From an uncultured delta proteobacterium (GTDB taxonomy: Bacteria > Desulfobacterota > Syntrophia > Syntrophales > UBA2185), in contig CAVOID010000002.1 of the NCBI GenBank assembly GCA_963695875.1, forward strand, positions 1 to 24,316: DNA of 24,316 bases, given 5' to 3'. The notes beneath the pieces were generated by a model. The model was given only the letters and a program-made list of their open reading frames with translations, made no database searches and was not told where the DNA came from. Positions 20,137 to 24,316 of this stretch are shown here, piece by piece. The translations under genes were made by a program, and so were the position numbers. Each line of letters begins with the position of its first letter. Positions within the stretch are counted from its first letter, which is position 1.

Positions 20137-20775
20137 TGCTCCATCTCCTATCGTTTATTTATATTTACGGGAGGTTATTCATCTCCTGGCACATAGAAAA
20201 CCTCTACCGCGAACACTTTTCAAGCATGATCTTATGGCAAGCGGTCACTCTGATACCATATTTCGTTTAAAAGTCAAGAGATAATATAAGATACGTTATT
20301 GTAACCGCCATTTCCGGAAGTCCAAATATGATGAAATTTCGTCATTTTAACATATACCTAGGTCCCCATCATCGTATGAAGATACTTCAATTCCCAAAAT
20401 ATTGATTATGCTTTCGGGGGTTTCCTGACGAGAGTAAATTTTTTCTTGACTTACTTACGTGCTTAAAGTAATAGAGCGCAAAAATACCTAACGCCGATGT
20501 TCTTTTGTAGATTTTTATGAATGTATGCATCCTCCGGGGCAGTGTAATTTTCTTAATAGACACTGCATGTCTTAATGTCCTACCCATATAGCTTGGCCGC
20601 TAAGCCTAAAATGGACTTGATTCGGCTATAAGGTTATTTTTCTCATGGTAAGAATGTGTCGAATAACAATCCGTCAGGTAATGAGGTAGTTCATATTTCC
20701 TGTAATGTTGTTAACAGGAAGTTGCAGGAGTCACCTTTTAAAGACGAGGCAAGCAAACAATAAGGAGGTAGAAAA

Positions 20776-22733
20776 TTGGCTGACCAAATGATGGCTATCG
20801 CCATCTTGCTACCGGTTGTGGCAGGATTTCTCATACTGGCTGTTCGCAATTACTATGCGCGAAACGTCGTCGTTGTTGTAACTGCGATAATTTTAATTGG
20901 CAACAGCATCTTGCTTTGCACTAAAAGGTCCCTTTACATATACACCGTCCGGGTTTAACTGGGGCTTACTTATCACCATCTCAGATTATGCCATTCTCAT
21001 CTTTTATCTCTATGTAGGTTTTTCATTACGGAACTGGCTGGTTCTCATTTTTGCCCTTGCCCAGCTTATTCCTCTTGCCTACTTCGAATTTGTTATGAAG
21101 GCACATATTGAGGTATCTCCGGCCTTTGTTGTCGATCATCTGGCACTTGTCATGACCCTGGTTATTTCCATTATAGGTTCGCTTATCTGCATTTTTGCCC
21201 TGCGGTACATGAAGGATCACGAAGCACCACGCCCACATCGAGAAATCCAGACAGTCGAGATTCCTTTTCTGGCTCGTTCTGTTCCTGGGGGCCATGAACG
21301 GTCTGGTTTTCGCCAATAACTTAGTCTGGCTTTACTTCTTCTGGGAAGTCACCACACTATGCAGCTTCCAGTTGATTTCACATGACAGAACACAGGAGGC
21401 CATACATAATGCGGCCCGAGCCGTCTGGATGAATTCTACAGGGGGGACGGCCTTCATTCTGGCCATCATATATCTTTACACCACGCAGGGAGGAGCGTCA
21501 GCCCTCTCCGTGCAAAACTTAATCGGGGGAGGCATACAGTCTTCTGTTATTTTGCTTCCAATAGCGCTTCTCTGCTATACCGGTTTTACCAAAGCAGCCC
21601 AGATGCCTTTTCAAAGCTGGCTTTTGGGAGCAATGGTCGCACCTACACCCGTTTCTGCTTTGCTTCATTCCAGTACAATGGTTAAAGCCGGTGTGTACCT
21701 TGTTCTCAGGCTTGCTCCTGTCTATGCAGGGACTTACCTAAGTGTTATCATTGCCATTGCCGGAGCCTTTACCTTCTTTGCCACGTCAGCGCTGGCGGTC
21801 AGCCAGTCGACGGGGAAACGTGTTCTGGCATATTCTACGATTGCTAATTTGGGTTTAATCATTGCATGCGCCGGAATTAACACACCTCTGTCAATCGCAG
21901 CGGCTATTTTGCTTATTATTTTCCACGCCATATCCAAAGGTTTACTCTTTCTTTGCGCCGGAACGATTGAACATCAAATCTGGAGCCGTGATATCGAAGA
22001 TATGGAAGGTCTCGCTGCCAAAGCGCCCCTTACCACCCTCATCACGGCTGTGGGTATCCTCTCCATGTTCCTTCCTCCCTTCGGTATGCTTATCGGGAAA
22101 TGGATTGCCTTGGAGGCAGCCTACATAGTTCCCCTGGCAGCTGTCTTCTTCGTTCTGGCAAGTACCCTGACAATTGTATTTTGGACAAAGTGGCTGGGGA
22201 GGCTTTTGCAGGTCCTGCCGAGAATAGGGCGGCCCTTTGAAAAACTATCCCCGAGTTACTTTATTCCCTTGTGGACTCTTTTAGTAGGAATATTTGTCGT
22301 CGGCATTGGAGTTGGACCGATTTACCATAACTTCATTCTCGCCGCGACGAATGACGTAGTCTCCGGGAATCAGATCATTGCTTTGGGTGTGAATAACTTG
22401 GTACTTACGACCCCTTCTGTCATGCAAAGAGAAATTTTAGGCTTTTTCCCGGTATGGCCGCTTTACCTGATTCTGATCGTCGCCTTGCTCCTGCCCCTGC
22501 TCATGATTGGGCTGAAACCGACAGAACTCCGTCAAGTTTATATGTGTGGTGAACAGACCGGCGGTATTGATACTGACGAATGGTTAGCGGAAGCGGATAA
22601 AAAAACTAAGTTCCAACTCGGTGGCTATTATTACGAGAGCGCCTTAGGTGAAAAGAGGATAAATCCCTGGGCTAATGCCGTAGCCATCTTACTTTTAGCC
22701 ATTATGCTTGGATGTGGGGTGATCGTTATATGA
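20776..22733 (+). CDS. echA: Ech-type hydrogenase antiporter-like membrane subunit EchA (NuoL/MrpA-like; frameshifts near 20920 and 21230)
   Basis: SD aaggagg with TTG start; FFWEVTTLCSF, KAAQMPFQSWLLGAMVAPTPVSALLHSSTMVKAG, LAYSTIANLG, FHAISKGLLF. Confidence 0.82.
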
Positions 22734-23596
22734 TGATTAAACAATTACTTCTTGTTTTTGTCGTGTTAGTCGGTGCTCCTATTGTCGGCGGTCTGCTTTT
22801 CGGCATAGACCGAAGAATTACGGCGCGAATGCAGGGTCGTTATGGCCCTCCTATTATTCAGCCGTTTTATGATTTCTTTAAACTCCTGGGAAAACAGCAC
22901 ATAGCCGTAAGTAGAATGCAATTTGTCTGGATTTACGGATATCTGGTTTTTATGATTGCAAGTCTGATCTTCCTCTTCCTGAAGTCAGATTTCCTCCTGC
23001 TGGTTTTTCTCCTGGGTTTTGCGGGCGTTTCCCTGGTTTTGGGCGGGTTCAGTACTAAATCCCCCTATGCCCACTTTGGAGCAAACAGGGAACTGATGCA
23101 GATCCTGGCATACGAACCTATACTTCTGCTCCTGGCAATCGCGATTTACGCGCAGAATGGAAGCTTCCTCATCAGCGAAATATTCAAACAGGATAAGCCA
23201 TTGCTCTTTACGCTGTGGCCATTGTTCTTGGCGGTTCTCTACGTATTGACCATAAAGATGCGTAAATCGCCGTTCGATATTTCAACATCTCACCACGGCC
23301 ATCAGGAAATTGTGAAAGGAGTGACTACCGAATACTCCGGTCCTTATTTCGCTCTCTATCATCTGGCGGAGTGGTACGAGATCATCCTGCTTCTGGGAAT
23401 AATCTCTCTCTTTTGGACGAACCCGTTGTGGGTGGGTATCTTGATCGCACTGGCTGCATTTATATTGGAACTATTTATTGACAACATTACTGCGAGAATG
23501 ACGGTCAGCTGGATGGTGCGCTTGAGCTGGTCTGTAGGATTGATCCTGGGAATAATTAATATCGCTTATATCTATTTCACCAAGGGGGTGTCATAA
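22730..23596 (+). CDS. echB: EchB (NuoH-like membrane subunit)
   Basis: GIDRRITARMQGRYGPPIIQPFYDFFKL, KSPFDISTSHHGHQEIVKGVTTEYSG; ATGA overlap with the echA stop. Confidence 0.85.
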   Translation: MMIKQLLLVFVVLVGAPIVGGLLFGIDRRITARMQGRYGPPIIQPFYDFFKLLGKQHIAVSRMQFVWIYGYLVFMIASLIFLFLKSDFLLLVFLLGFAGVSLVLGGFSTKSPYAHFGANRELMQILAYEPILLLLAIAIYAQNGSFLISEIFKQDKPLLFTLWPLFLAVLYVLTIKMRKSPFDISTSHHGHQEIVKGVTTEYSGPYFALYHLAEWYEIILLLGIISLFWTNPLWVGILIALAAFILELFIDNITARMTVSWMVRLSWSVGLILGIINIAYIYFTKGVS

Positions 23597-23601
23597 AAGC
23601 T

Positions 23602-24027
23602 ATGGGCTTGATACAAAAATCGCGCGTTAAATCACCCTGGATACTGCACTTTGATAACAGTTCATGTAACGGTTGTGATATAGAAGTATTAGCCTGTCTG
23701 ACTCCTCTTTATGATGTGGAGCGTTTCGGTATGGTCAATATGGGTAACCCCAAGCACGCCGATATACTTCTTATCACCGGACCGGTAAACAGACGCACCG
23801 CACGGGTGCTTAAAAATCTGTATGATCAGGTCCCCGACCCCAAAGTGGTTGTCTGTGTCGGCACCTGCGGCGCTACAGGCGGTGTGTTTCACAATTGCTA
23901 TAATGTGCTTGGCGGTGTGGATAAGGTTATCCCGGTAGATGTCTATGTTCCCGGCTGTTCTGTACGTCCGGAGGCGATTATCGACGGGGTCGTGATGGCC
24001 CTTCAGAAATTAGCCAGTATGAGGTGA
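23602..24027 (+). CDS. echC: EchC (NuoB-like hydrogenase small subunit)
   Basis: KSPWILHFDNSSCNGCDIE, GNPKHAD, GTCGATGG, VDVYVPGCSVRPE; four Fe-S cysteine ligands. Confidence 0.88.
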   Translation: MGLIQKSRVKSPWILHFDNSSCNGCDIEVLACLTPLYDVERFGMVNMGNPKHADILLITGPVNRRTARVLKNLYDQVPDPKVVVCVGTCGATGGVFHNCYNVLGGVDKVIPVDVYVPGCSVRPEAIIDGVVMALQKLASMR

Positions 24028-24037
24028 CAAACACGCA

Positions 24038-24316
24038 ATGGAAAATATAAAGGAAATTAAAAAAGAAGAACTGATGATCGAAGGCAAGAAGTTTTTGGAC
24101 GCTGGCGGGAAATTTGTGACGGCGGTGTGCAGCGATCTGGATGAACAGTCTGGAAGTAACATACTTCTTCAGCAAGAGCGCCGGTACGGAAATGACCGGG
24201 CTGCGGTATAAAGTGGGAAAAGATGAAGAAGTCGCAGAGTTTTTCCGGCGTTACTCTTGCCACGGTACTTATTGAAAACGAGATGAAAGAATTGTTTGGC
24301 CTGAAAGTGAATGGCC
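24038..24316 (+). CDS. echD: EchD (NuoC-like subunit), frameshifted and truncated by the window end
   Basis: MENIKEIKKEEL...FVTAVCSD, then after frameshifts LEVTYFFSK and ...VLIENEMKELFGLKV. Absent from the ORF track; position after echC fits. Confidence 0.75.

Noticed and set aside
20612..20627. GG-N10-GC (TGGACTTGATTCGGCT) as a sigma-54 promoter for ech
   Set aside because: The spacing fits but both the TGGCAC and TTGC contexts are poor.
20776..24316. Call as a complex I (nuo) or Mrp operon
   Set aside because: The gene order (NuoL-, H-, B-, C-like) and the SSCNGC motif fit echABCD rather than nuoA-N or mrp.

Overview
This window looks like core chromosome from an anaerobic Desulfobacterota (deltaproteobacterial, possibly Syntrophales-like) organism; the taxonomy is inferred from gene content. 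It opens with a 5S rRNA and its terminator, followed on the + strand by yebC-ruvC-ruvA-ruvB-queH, lpxC, and a DUF4390-NtrY-NtrX two-component cluster. A minus-strand block follows: fmt, rsmB, a glycine-zipper protein, an MBL hydrolase, purC, dnaJ, a DUF3568-like lipoprotein and a UPF0104 flippase-like gene. After a lone acyl-CoA thioesterase, nfnAB (electron-bifurcating transhydrogenase) is transcribed divergently from an echABCD (group 4 hydrogenase-type) operon that runs off the window. From about 9.45 kb onward, many genes carry single-base frameshifts that look like sequencing or assembly errors rather than real decay. I found no CRISPR array, transposase, phage gene or clearly new protein system. 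The most interesting signals are non-coding: (i) a sigma-54 promoter with a palindromic upstream site in front of lpxC, next to a GAFTGA-bearing NtrX; (ii) a heptamer-periodic inverted repeat between ruvB and queH; (iii) a structured insert between DUF4390 and ntrY with a minus-strand promoter-like and terminator-like pair; (iv) a palindrome-rich region shared by nfnAB and ech.
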